A stretch of DNA of 64,000 nt from a virus (lineage: Duplodnaviria; Caudoviricetes), in IMG/VR virus record IMGVR_UViG_3300025141_000018, one strand, 5' to 3'. Below the pieces are notes generated by a model that worked only from the letters and a program-made list of their open reading frames with translations, did no database searches and had not been told where the DNA came from. The number at the start of each line of letters is the position of its first letter. Position 1 is the stretch's first letter. Shown one piece after another: positions 1-9,006 of this stretch. The position numbers were made by a program, and so were the translations under genes.

Positions 1-38
1 CCTGTTAACGTTACCTGTGTTCCTGGCTGTATGTACAT
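1..38 (-). CDS. 5' end of a gene running off the left edge (MYIQPGTQVTLT...)
   Basis: ATG at 38 with GGAG 5 nt upstream, downstream of a sigma70-like promoter; open to the window edge. Confidence 0.4.
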   Translation of the reverse strand, partial: MYIQPGTQVTLT

Positions 39-88
39 GCTGTCTCCTGTTTGCCTGTGTTTGCCTGGTTGTTTAACTCAATATAATA

Positions 89-117
89 ATTATACGCTCT
101 CGAGACTAAAAGGTCAA
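89..117 (-). promoter_or_regulatory. sigma70-like early promoter
   Basis: aggTTGACC-N17-TATAAT on the minus strand. Confidence 0.75.
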
Positions 118-160
118 CCTTTTTGTTCAATTTCTTTCATTTTTTTTCTATTTTTTGTAT

Positions 161-361
161 TTATTGAAGGTTTTCTATGTCAGGATCCACAAAAAGTTTA
201 ACTTCCTTGTCAGTATTGGCCCAATCTGGATACATTTCTATTTCGAATCCATCATAGTGCCGTGATATAACTATTGTCTCTTTATAAAACTCAGCAAGTT
301 TTTTTGCTTCGTTTTTAGCGGCCTTTAATGTTTGAAATAAACCCGACTCTTGTTCTATCAT
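161..361 (-). CDS. hypothetical protein (66 aa)
   Basis: ORF overlapping the uvsY stop by 4 nt. Confidence 0.6.
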   Translation of the reverse strand: MIEQESGLFQTLKAAKNEAKKLAEFYKETIVISRHYDGFEIEMYPDWANTDKEVKLFVDPDIENLQ

Positions 362-816
362 AAAGTTATATCTTCTAATCCAGCGACTCTCAATTTAATA
401 ACATTATTAATTTGAAATTGTTTGGCTTCAAGGGCCTTCATTAGCCCATGATATTTGTTACGAACAAAAGCAATCTCGTTTATTAGTCCTTGTAAGTCTA
501 ACACGGATTGCTCTCCATCAACATATTTGTCAACATCTCTACTTGATAATGCTCTTTCGTAATGCTCTAAATATTTTCTAAAAAGCCTGCCACGTTCTCT
601 TCGCATTTCAATATTGAGATGTTCTAATATACCTTCAAGTTCTTGTAATTGATTGAATCTGTATGCCACAATACCCGGCATCTCTCTTGAGGTTTTTTCA
701 ACGTTGCCTTTCATAGAAACTTCAAGGCCAACATTTTCTAATTCGTTATTATAATAATCAATACAATCAGGAATTTTACTTAAATCCTTTTGTATTTGTA
801 TAAACCAAGTTGACAT
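358..816 (-). CDS. uvsY: UvsY-like recombination mediator
   Basis: Helical protein with FRKYLEHYERALSSRDVDKYVDGE and LEAKQFQINNVIKLRVAGLED motifs, next to uvsX. Confidence 0.8.
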   Translation of the reverse strand: MSTWFIQIQKDLSKIPDCIDYYNNELENVGLEVSMKGNVEKTSREMPGIVAYRFNQLQELEGILEHLNIEMRRERGRLFRKYLEHYERALSSRDVDKYVDGEQSVLDLQGLINEIAFVRNKYHGLMKALEAKQFQINNVIKLRVAGLEDITL

Positions 817-1068
817 TTAATAATTAAAATCTTCAGGTTCTTCAAATGTGTCATCCAGTTCATCTTCATATCTAGTATCGATAACTGAATCTAATGTTTT
901 GCTATAACCTCTGAGACTATGTAAACTATCTTCTATAGAATAACTATAATTTTCAAAAATTTCAACCAACTGATCGGTTGCTTCTTCTAATTCCTTTTTA
1001 TCCGTATATGTTTTTAACATGTCAAACATATCGTGAAAAAAAGCAACATCAATATCATTCATCTGCAT
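817..1068 (-). CDS. acidic hypothetical protein between uvsX and uvsY
   Basis: 83-aa ORF tightly packed in the operon. Confidence 0.65.
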   Translation of the reverse strand: MQMNDIDVAFFHDMFDMLKTYTDKKELEEATDQLVEIFENYSYSIEDSLHSLRGYSKTLDSVIDTRYEDELDDTFEEPEDFNY

Positions 1069-2164
1069 TCGGCAAATCCTCTTGTATTTCTTCGTTATTT
1101 ATAAGAGTCTCGGCCATTTTAACAATAGTATCTGCCTGAATTTCTCTATCACCGGTCTCATTAATTACTGTTTGTAATTTTTCGTGGCTCCAATATTTAC
1201 GGAACTCTTTAATTTCGTTACCATCTTTGGTTTGGTATTTTAACTTATTACCATCCTTTACAATGACGCCTGCTTTTTCAAACAAATCTAAACAACCACT
1301 GTAAGGATCCATTCCAGTATCGTATGGTATTTTAACTTGTACACTTTCAAACGGTTTTGCAAAACGTGTTTTCATTACTTTACAAGCCGCTCTAATACCA
1401 CGTATATCTGTAATTTTGTTTCCTGATTCGTCTTCTTTAAGTTTAAGTTTTTTCATTGCAACAACAATAGACGAAGCATATATAAATCCTTGTCCACCAC
1501 TAATCTTATCATCTGGATCAAACATATCTTGTGATGCATATGTGTGATTAGTAGCAACTATTCCGACTGGATGTCCTGCAATTAAATTAACACTATTACG
1601 AACAAGGGCAGTCAATGCTTTGGGTTTTCTACCCATGTCGCCTTTCATGTCGCCTCTTTCAAATTGATCAACATCAGTTGGTGTAAGTAACATGCCTAAT
1701 GAATCAGTTACAAACAAAACTTTTTGACGTTCTTCGTAAGGTACATCTGAATATTGTTCTTTATACCCTTTCATAAATTCACTTACAAATTTAGCAACTT
1801 CATCAATCATTGATACACCAAATCGCATAAGTTTATCATCGGCTGTATCAACACCAATTGCTTCTAGCCAATCTGAATCTAGGGCATTTTCTGAATCAAG
1901 TATAATAGGTAGAATACCTTGTTTTTGTGCCTGTTTTACTAAGTTACCGGAACATATATAACTTTTGCCGGATCCACTTTCACCTGCAAAACATGTAACT
2001 CTACCAAGCGGAATACCTTTACTAAAGTCTCCACTAATCAAATAATTTAAAGCATAGTTACCGGTACTAATCCAATCAACAGGATCGTGAAATCCTACTG
2101 CCATTCCCGGTACTGCTTTTGTAATACTATTTCTAAATTTAGAAATATCAAATGGTTTTGACAT
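1055..2164 (-). CDS. uvsX: UvsX/RecA-like recombinase
   Basis: Walker A GESGSGKS, LDSENALD, SGGQGFIYASS. Confidence 0.93.
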   Translation of the reverse strand: MSKPFDISKFRNSITKAVPGMAVGFHDPVDWISTGNYALNYLISGDFSKGIPLGRVTCFAGESGSGKSYICSGNLVKQAQKQGILPIILDSENALDSDWLEAIGVDTADDKLMRFGVSMIDEVAKFVSEFMKGYKEQYSDVPYEERQKVLFVTDSLGMLLTPTDVDQFERGDMKGDMGRKPKALTALVRNSVNLIAGHPVGIVATNHTYASQDMFDPDDKISGGQGFIYASSIVVAMKKLKLKEDESGNKITDIRGIRAACKVMKTRFAKPFESVQVKIPYDTGMDPYSGCLDLFEKAGVIVKDGNKLKYQTKDGNEIKEFRKYWSHEKLQTVINETGDREIQADTIVKMAETLINNEEIQEDLPNADE

Positions 2165-2176
2165 TTAATTCCTCAA

Positions 2177-2202
2177 GAAAATGCGGGGCATCTCTGCCCC
2201 GC
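2177..2202 (-). terminator. intrinsic terminator after gp32
   Basis: GCGGGGCA-GAGA-TGCCCCGC stem-loop followed by ATTTTCTT on the minus strand. Confidence 0.75.
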
Positions 2203-2216
2203 TGATTTAAGATATA

Positions 2217-3197
2217 TCAGGAATTCTTGCGTTCACGGATCATTGCAAGAATTTGATCGGCCGAAGGCTTACTGCCGTCAGTTGCCTCTTCAGTTGCCGG
2301 TTGCGGATCTGCTTTGGGCGTCTGTTCTTCTGCTTTGGGTTGTTCAACAGTACTTGCAGTTTCGCTTATAGTGGGTTCTGGAGTAGGAACTGTTTTGGCT
2401 TTACCCTCAGTTTTACTCATGCCGGCTGGTGTGTAATATGAACCCCATTTTGCTGGGTCATATAAATCGCCGGCTACCGAAGCCTCAAACATTTCAAAAA
2501 TTGCTTTAACTTCATCATCGTTTGGTTGCTTTGGCATAAAATCGTTAAGTGTATGCAGTCCGTTTGATTCAACTGCGGTTCTTTCAAACTCGTTTAATGC
2601 TCTTTCTTTACGAGCCCAATTAGATGTTGAATAATCTGCATACTGACCTTTTTGGGTCTTGGTAAGTTTAAAATCTGTACCATTTTCGTAATCGGTTGGA
2701 ATCTCTGGAAAGTCAGGATCCATTAATGCCGCCGATATAATTTTGTAAATTGACGGATTAATAATAAATCTACGAATTGGATTTTCTGGAGTTTCGTCGT
2801 CTTTAAGTGGATTTTCTACTACAAATCCTTGAAAGATATAAGACCGCTTTTTCCAATACTTACGAGCTTCGTTCTCTAAGGACGGGTCTTTAAACCAAGG
2901 ACGAATTTCTGCGTGGACTGGGCATTCTTTTCCCCACATCTCTACACAAGGTACTTGTACTAAAATATTTCGGGTCTCGTCTTGGCCTTTAACTCCCGGA
3001 AATGGAATCTTAATCATTTGGCGTTCTTGCCAAAAGAAGGTATTCTCTGCATCATTATCAGGTAAAAATCTTAATGTTGCGGTTGTGTTTTCTGGGATAT
3101 TCCAAAAGGGATATATTGCATTGTCGGTAGTAAAGTTACCACCGGATCTTGATTCTTTTTCGATCAACTTAGATCTGATTTCTGCTAAGGTAGGCAT
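2217..3197 (-). CDS. gp32: single-stranded DNA-binding protein (T4 gp32-like)
   Basis: MPTLAEIR start with AGGAG RBS; TLRFLP, VPCVEMWGKECPVHAE, DYENGTDFKLTK, YADYSTSNW motifs. Confidence 0.88.
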   Translation of the reverse strand: MPTLAEIRSKLIEKESRSGGNFTTDNAIYPFWNIPENTTATLRFLPDNDAENTFFWQERQMIKIPFPGVKGQDETRNILVQVPCVEMWGKECPVHAEIRPWFKDPSLENEARKYWKKRSYIFQGFVVENPLKDDETPENPIRRFIINPSIYKIISAALMDPDFPEIPTDYENGTDFKLTKTQKGQYADYSTSNWARKERALNEFERTAVESNGLHTLNDFMPKQPNDDEVKAIFEMFEASVAGDLYDPAKWGSYYTPAGMSKTEGKAKTVPTPEPTISETASTVEQPKAEEQTPKADPQPATEEATDGSKPSADQILAMIRERKNS

Positions 3198-3260
3198 AGT
3201 AATTCTCCTATATTTGCCGTTAATTGCCTGGATCATGATTGCTATTTGCATTCATAAACT

Positions 3261-3290
3261 ATTATAACATAGAGCTTGTATTAAAGTCAA
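3261..3290 (-). promoter_or_regulatory. sigma70-like promoter for gp32
   Basis: aggTTGACT-N18-TATAAT. Confidence 0.65.
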
Positions 3291-3339
3291 CCTCTTATTA
3301 CAACACTATTTATTACGGATACTCCTATATCCGCTACTT

Positions 3340-3585
3340 TCATGCTGATAACCCGCCGCCTGCTAGTGCTCCACTTATTGTAGGTCCTGTTTTTGGACTT
3401 AATGATTTCTTTGGGGCCGGGGACGAGGATGGGGATTTTGCTATGTTTCCAATCTTCCCTGCTTTTGTCGTCTGCTTTTTTTTCTTTTTTCTTCTTCTAT
3501 GTTTGCCTTTTCTCTTATCGAGATCACTTCTGTCAATGTCGCCGCCGAGCCATACCGACTCGTCGATTATTTCTTGTATTTTCAT
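3340..3585 (-). CDS. small basic protein, putative internal head protein
   Basis: MKIQEIIDES start followed by a Lys/Arg-rich tract (KRKGKHRRRKKKKK); ATGA overlap with the upstream gene. Confidence 0.65.
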   Translation of the reverse strand: MKIQEIIDESVWLGGDIDRSDLDKRKGKHRRRKKKKKQTTKAGKIGNIAKSPSSSPAPKKSLSPKTGPTISGALAGGGLSA

Positions 3586-4499
3586 GGTGAAGTTCCCCTG
3601 CCCCCTGGTCCTGTTGTGCCTCCGCCTGCTAATGATACATTTGCAGTTGGTTTATGTTTTGGTCCACCTTTTGTTTTAAAGGGCTTGAGCGGCTTGCTCT
3701 TCTTGGGATATTTGTGTGCAGGCGCCCCCGACCGTTTCTTCTTTTGGCCTCCTACCCAAAAAGATTCGTCTATTTGCTCAATATATTCTTTAAGGGTTGT
3801 TGGTTTCTTTTTTACACTTTCAGTAACTACTTGTTTATTTGTTTTTGCATCATCTTCGGTAAGCACTTGTACTGATTTATTACCATTTGCAACAACCTCA
3901 GCAAAATGATTCATTGAGTTTTTAACAATTTCTCGTTTTGTTGCGTTATCACTTGCTCTTTGTGTTTCTGATGGCCAGCCACCAACTTTTTTACCGTGTT
4001 TTTTAAACCAATCTGGTGGCATTTTTTTAGTCTTTTTTGGATTTGCTGGCGGGGGGCCTTCTTTTTCCCATTTTGCTTGCAGAGCCGCGGCAAAACCTCC
4101 GCCTCCGCCTTCTTCAACATCAACACTTTCATCATAGGAACCATAATCTTCATCTGTGCCGTGTCCTGCAGAAGCCATAGCAGAATCAAAATCGCCATCC
4201 ATTGGCTCAGTAAATCCTTGTGAACCATATTCATCTTGTAGATATTCTTCAATCCATTGATCAGGATCACCATCTCTTGCTTTAGCAATACCATATGGCA
4301 TTTCACCTGAGTTAAGAAAGTAATCATATAGCTCATCATAAAATTCTTGATGATCATATAAACTAGTTTCGCCATTCATTACAGATGCCATTGCATCTGC
4401 ATGTTTGTCTACAATATCATCTAACTGAACACTTGTTTCTCTAAGTGCAAGTCCTGCTAATTTTCGTAAATCATTTTCAGTTTTAATTATTGGTATCAT
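3582..4499 (-). CDS. putative internal head protein, acidic N-half and basic C-terminus
   Basis: 305-aa ORF with DLRKLAGL motif and a Lys-rich tail; translationally coupled. Confidence 0.65.
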   Translation of the reverse strand: MIPIIKTENDLRKLAGLALRETSVQLDDIVDKHADAMASVMNGETSLYDHQEFYDELYDYFLNSGEMPYGIAKARDGDPDQWIEEYLQDEYGSQGFTEPMDGDFDSAMASAGHGTDEDYGSYDESVDVEEGGGGGFAAALQAKWEKEGPPPANPKKTKKMPPDWFKKHGKKVGGWPSETQRASDNATKREIVKNSMNHFAEVVANGNKSVQVLTEDDAKTNKQVVTESVKKKPTTLKEYIEQIDESFWVGGQKKKRSGAPAHKYPKKSKPLKPFKTKGGPKHKPTANVSLAGGGTTGPGGRGTSP

Positions 4500-5983
4500 T
4501 TGTACACTCCTGCTAATTGTAATAACCTTGTATTCTCAACATCTTCTTTTGCTTTAACTTTTTTACCTTTAGGTTTTTCTTCTGTTTCGGATCCAGCAAT
4601 ATATGTATCACCTGCCCATTCACCACTTGTTTCGTTATCGGTTCTAAGTTCGCCTTTTTCTTTAGCGTCTCGACGCCAGGCTGGTACATATTGTCCTTCT
4701 ATGCCTTCGTTAAAAAAGATATCGTTACTTGTGTACTTGCTTAATTGCTGATTTAAACTTTCTTCAATAACTTCTGTTACATCTGGTTTTTCTTGGTTTT
4801 CAAAAGTAATATTTGCTTTAACCATACGAAGTGCTTTATTTCTATCGCCTACTTCCATGTCATTAAACCCTTCTGCTATTTCTGTAACTAATGCACTAAC
4901 GTTTGAGTTTATTGCTTTCTCACCAACATATGTTAACCAATGTTGGTTTTTTAATGTAACACTATCAAACTCAAAGTTACTAGGATTGTTTATATCGTCA
5001 TCTTCAAATAATCCAAGTTCAATTTTACCTTCAAGAAGTGCTAATTCAAGACGTTCTATAATTGTACCTTCAGAAACAAGAGTAGCAAGGTAAGGAAGCA
5101 CACCTGCAATACTCTCATCAAAAGTATGTTTGGTTAGAACTTCTTGTAGTTCGCCTTCAACTTCTTCATTTTTAATTTGTTCGTTATTAACACGCTGGAT
5201 TGCTTCATTGTAAGATCGTGAACTTTTAATTTTGGTAAGATTTTCTTTAATATTATTAACACGCATAATTGCTAATTCGTGCAATCCACTTACACTATCG
5301 TTTTCATTAAAATTTCGCCGAGTATATCTAACAAAATTCTTTAATTGTCCTAGTTCTTCGTCAAGTCCAATTATACCTTTACCACCATCATCAAACGGTG
5401 TTCCTTTATTTGCAATGTGTCTTGCCATTGCTCTAGCGGGTAATAAATTTTTGCTAGGAAATTTAAATCGTTCGCCCTCGGCATTTTCAATATAAATGGA
5501 TTTTATATTGCGGGCTCTACTGCCTCGTTGTTCTTCATTAACAGGTGCGGCATGTCTTACTACTAATCTAGTATTACCTACATCCTGATATGACGATTTT
5601 GAAGAACCATATGTTTTAGAGAATGCACTCTCTTGTATACTGTTCATGTCTGCTTCCTTTGTTAAATCAAAAACGTAATCTTTTGGTTGTAATGTATGAC
5701 CGAATTTTTTAATATTAAAATCCATCATATACTTTTTTGCTAATTGTTTTATAGTGTCGATAGTATCTGTTGCTTCCTCAAAGGTAATACTTTTACCTAA
5801 ATGTACTTTAATTTCTTCGTTGGAGCATGTTACAACTATATTTGCATCCGTTAGAAAAAACCGCCTAGCATCATTGGGCGTTATAACTTTTTTTCCAATA
5901 TCATCAAACATGCGAATAGTATATCCATACCCCTTGAGTATCGCAAATATATTTTCGCCTATAGTTCCTGTATCAACAGCCAT
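4496..5983 (-). CDS. conserved-looking hypothetical virion/morphogenesis protein
   Basis: 495-aa ORF after the terminase, with its own late box; ends RLLQLAGVYK. Confidence 0.7.
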   Translation of the reverse strand: MAVDTGTIGENIFAILKGYGYTIRMFDDIGKKVITPNDARRFFLTDANIVVTCSNEEIKVHLGKSITFEEATDTIDTIKQLAKKYMMDFNIKKFGHTLQPKDYVFDLTKEADMNSIQESAFSKTYGSSKSSYQDVGNTRLVVRHAAPVNEEQRGSRARNIKSIYIENAEGERFKFPSKNLLPARAMARHIANKGTPFDDGGKGIIGLDEELGQLKNFVRYTRRNFNENDSVSGLHELAIMRVNNIKENLTKIKSSRSYNEAIQRVNNEQIKNEEVEGELQEVLTKHTFDESIAGVLPYLATLVSEGTIIERLELALLEGKIELGLFEDDDINNPSNFEFDSVTLKNQHWLTYVGEKAINSNVSALVTEIAEGFNDMEVGDRNKALRMVKANITFENQEKPDVTEVIEESLNQQLSKYTSNDIFFNEGIEGQYVPAWRRDAKEKGELRTDNETSGEWAGDTYIAGSETEEKPKGKKVKAKEDVENTRLLQLAGVYK

Positions 5984-6002
5984 AAATCACAACCCTTTAT
6001 GA

Positions 6003-6009
6003 TATTTAT
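6003..6009 (-). promoter_or_regulatory. T4-like late promoter box ATAAATA
   Basis: gATAAATAtc about 20 nt upstream of the ATG at 5983. Confidence 0.55.
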
Positions 6010-7562
6010 CAAAGAATGCCGATTGGCATTGGCATATCCAGCGGATCATCTCCCAAAGGATCGACTAATTCTTCGAATGCTTCTTTATCGTGCTTTGTAA
6101 TTAGTTGTACAATTCGTATACATAATACGGCGGCCATTACTAAATCATCATGGGCTCCGTCTTTTGCCGCATACGATCTACCTCTTGCAATAAATGTTTT
6201 AAGTTCTTGTATTAAATTTCTACTATATATTTGTACTTTTTTCTCTTCTACAAAGTATTTTAACTTAGAACATGCTTCTAATTTGTTTTTATGTGTGGTA
6301 ACCATTCCTCTAGTAAATGTTTGTCCTTTAGTTTTTGGTTCATTTACTAAATTACCATAAAAATTAACAGGACCTAATTCTTCATATGCCATTAATGATG
6401 CTTTACCTATTCCGTTATTTTCAATACTATAATATATGTTTTCTTCGTTTTGTACTTTATTTTGTATTTCTTCTAGTATACTTTGAAGTATAAGCATCTG
6501 ATTACGTACATCTGTTTTATTGTGTTTCCATTCTGCTACTTGTGAAAATTTAGGTAAACTAAAAACTTGTATAGCCGCATAATCACTTCCTGTACCCATT
6601 GAAGGATCTAATCCTACACAATATGTAGAATTTTTATTAATTTCTTGATACCAACGAACTTGTCCTTCTGTGCGAATTGGAAGGTGTTCTTCTAATAATA
6701 CAAGTTTTAGCGGTGCTATAAGTGTCTCGTCAGCAGTAATAAATTCACATTCGTGTTCTCGTCTAAAACGTTCGTCACCTATTTTTCCACGTTCCTCGCT
6801 TGCCCATTTTTCATCACGATCAGGATGATCTTGCCAACGTGATCTAAATGCCCTAAATCCGTTTTTACCCAATTCTTGCTCATTACCAAAATCATCAACA
6901 TTATCAACTGCTGATTTCCATATTTGTGCAAACTGATCATTGTCTTGATTAGGTGTGCTAGTAATAATACATTTACCGCCTGTTGCTAATGTAGGTGATA
7001 GTGATGTCCAAAATTCTTCTGCTACTCTCGGAGGAACAAATGCAAACTCGTCTAAGTATACAAGTGTTAAACTCATACCTCTACCAGTATTCTCTGTTGT
7101 TGCTTGTGCTACAATTCTACTACCATTGTCAAATTCTATACTTCCTCTATTATAACTTGTACAACCTGCTTTAATCCATTCTGGTAATGTTTCATATATA
7201 TAACGTAATCGTTGCATTATTTCTTGGGCACCTGCATATTTGTGTGCCGCAATTAATATTGTAGTATCAGGTTTAAACATTGCATACCATAACAAGTATG
7301 CCGCGGCCGCGGTAGACTTTCCTGTTTGTCTAGGAAGCATTGCAATCGCATATCTGTAATTATCGTATGTTTCGATTAACCCTTTTTGATATTCAAATAA
7401 ATCAAAACTAACTTTACCTTTTACAGGATGTTGTATATAAGCATAATTTTGAATGAAATGTATCGGATCCTCCATGGCAAGGCCAAGTTCATCAATTTGT
7501 TCTTGCGACCATTTTTGAGACTTATGGGGTTTTTTAACTAATACTTCGTCCAGTATCTGCAT
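6009..7562 (-). CDS. gp17: terminase large subunit (T4 gp17-like)
   Basis: Walker A LPRQTGKS, Walker B VYLDEFAF, ITSTPN, nuclease GLDPSMG and HDDLVMA; no intein or intron. Confidence 0.95.
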   Translation of the reverse strand: MQILDEVLVKKPHKSQKWSQEQIDELGLAMEDPIHFIQNYAYIQHPVKGKVSFDLFEYQKGLIETYDNYRYAIAMLPRQTGKSTAAAAYLLWYAMFKPDTTILIAAHKYAGAQEIMQRLRYIYETLPEWIKAGCTSYNRGSIEFDNGSRIVAQATTENTGRGMSLTLVYLDEFAFVPPRVAEEFWTSLSPTLATGGKCIITSTPNQDNDQFAQIWKSAVDNVDDFGNEQELGKNGFRAFRSRWQDHPDRDEKWASEERGKIGDERFRREHECEFITADETLIAPLKLVLLEEHLPIRTEGQVRWYQEINKNSTYCVGLDPSMGTGSDYAAIQVFSLPKFSQVAEWKHNKTDVRNQMLILQSILEEIQNKVQNEENIYYSIENNGIGKASLMAYEELGPVNFYGNLVNEPKTKGQTFTRGMVTTHKNKLEACSKLKYFVEEKKVQIYSRNLIQELKTFIARGRSYAAKDGAHDDLVMAAVLCIRIVQLITKHDKEAFEELVDPLGDDPLDMPMPIGIL

Positions 7563-8274
7563 AACACTCTACATGATTTTCCATATATTTGTCGCCGTTA
7601 AACCATAGTAATTTTTTTTCGTCAAAAAACGGCTGATGTTCGTTATCTATTTTCCAGAGGTCAGGCATAAACAATTTTTCTTTACTTTCTTGAAGTGTCA
7701 ATGCGGCATGATTCCAGTTACCTGGAGAAACATCATCTGTTTTTATTATTCCCTTACCAATAAGAATAGAACAAATAAATTTATTTTTATGTGTATTTGA
7801 AACTAGTTGATTTGGACTTCCGGGACCATTAGCACATGTCAAAAATGACGGATCATATCCTTGGGATAATGCAAAGGCACATATCGAACCTAATGCTACA
7901 CCGATATCTAGATGTACTGCTCTACTAAACGATTCATGGGTTTCCGCGCCCATAGCATCATCAAATTTAAAAAAATGGTCTTTTTTCTGCATATCAGCAA
8001 AGAATAATATGTGTATAGGTGCAAATACACATCCAAATCTAAGTGGCTGTTCATCCATAAAAACATCATCAAATAACCAACGTTTTATATCAGGTGATCT
8101 CCAATCTACAATCACAGTATCATATAATCTAAAATTTTGTTTACTGGGTATTAACTTGATAAAGTCAACGAATGGTTGTACTCTAGGTTGTTCTGTATTG
8201 TCGTATGCGAGCACTTGATGTCTATTTTGAAAATTGTCTGATAATTGTTGATAATTTGGTTTGGAAAATAACAT
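7534..8274 (-). CDS. nitroreductase-like protein
   Basis: HLDIGVALGSICAFALSQGYDPSFLTC resembles the nitroreductase-family helix/strand signature. Confidence 0.45.
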   Translation of the reverse strand: MLFSKPNYQQLSDNFQNRHQVLAYDNTEQPRVQPFVDFIKLIPSKQNFRLYDTVIVDWRSPDIKRWLFDDVFMDEQPLRFGCVFAPIHILFFADMQKKDHFFKFDDAMGAETHESFSRAVHLDIGVALGSICAFALSQGYDPSFLTCANGPGSPNQLVSNTHKNKFICSILIGKGIIKTDDVSPGNWNHAALTLQESKEKLFMPDLWKIDNEHQPFFDEKKLLWFNGDKYMENHVECYADTGRSIS

Positions 8275-8280
8275 ATATAT

Positions 8281-8631
8281 CTATTGGTTATCTAATGTAA
8301 TTCTTCCGGAGCCTTGTAATTCCCTACTAGATTTTTGTCGACTACTTTTACGAATCGCGTTGTTCTGTTTACTTGATTTACTAGTTTGATTATCACTAGA
8401 TCGCTTCTTTTTACTCCATTGGCCTAAATCATCTGTGCCAATACTCATCGACGGACCATGTTTTCCAAATGGTTTTGCACTAAGATTACCACCTAATCTT
8501 CGATTACCTTGTGAATCAGTACGTAAATTAAGGCCTCCAAGGAAATTTCCTAGTTTAAGACCTCCTAAACCTATATTCCATCCGCCTTCGTCAACAGGCG
8601 TATCTAGTCTTTTTTTTTGAATTTTTTCCAC
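8281..8631 (-). CDS. basic Gly-rich protein (GTG start, or frameshift extension of the upstream ORF)
   Basis: 116-aa ORF overlapping the upstream gene by 28 nt across an A9 run. Confidence 0.55.
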   Translation of the reverse strand: MEKIQKKRLDTPVDEGGWNIGLGGLKLGNFLGGLNLRTDSQGNRRLGGNLSAKPFGKHGPSMSIGTDDLGQWSKKKRSSDNQTSKSSKQNNAIRKSSRQKSSRELQGSGRITLDNQ

Positions 8632-9005
8632 TCTGTCATGAGTTCTTCTTCATTGAGTGGGTTATCACCGTATTTGTTATCAGACTCTGAATCACCGCGA
8701 GTTTTTCCAAACCCTCTAAATGACATGTCATCAATATCACCATGTGCGTCATTTGGTGTTCCGCTAAATTCTGGTGATGCATTTTCAAAATCATCTGAGT
8801 CGTGTTCTTTTACCTTAACGGCTTCTTTTGGGGATGCCAGCACGGTAAGCATATCTCGCATGTCTTCAGTTCCAGTTGGGGGTTCGCCACCGCATCCACT
8901 GTCTGCTGGCATTGGTTCTGCCATTGGCGCAGGCATTGGTGCTGGTTCTGCATGTTGCATACCGGCTAACCTAACTAAATCTTCTAATTCAACTGAAACT
9001 TTCAT
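8604..9005 (-). CDS. acidic protein, putative internal head protein
   Basis: DLVRLAGM motif, Pro/Met-rich linker. Confidence 0.65.
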   Translation of the reverse strand: MKVSVELEDLVRLAGMQHAEPAPMPAPMAEPMPADSGCGGEPPTGTEDMRDMLTVLASPKEAVKVKEHDSDDFENASPEFSGTPNDAHGDIDDMSFRGFGKTRGDSESDNKYGDNPLNEEELMTEWKKFKKKD

Positions 9006-9006
9006 G

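Noticed and set aside
1055-7562. Inteins or introns in uvsX, gp32 or the terminase
   Set aside because: Lengths are normal and the conserved motifs are contiguous
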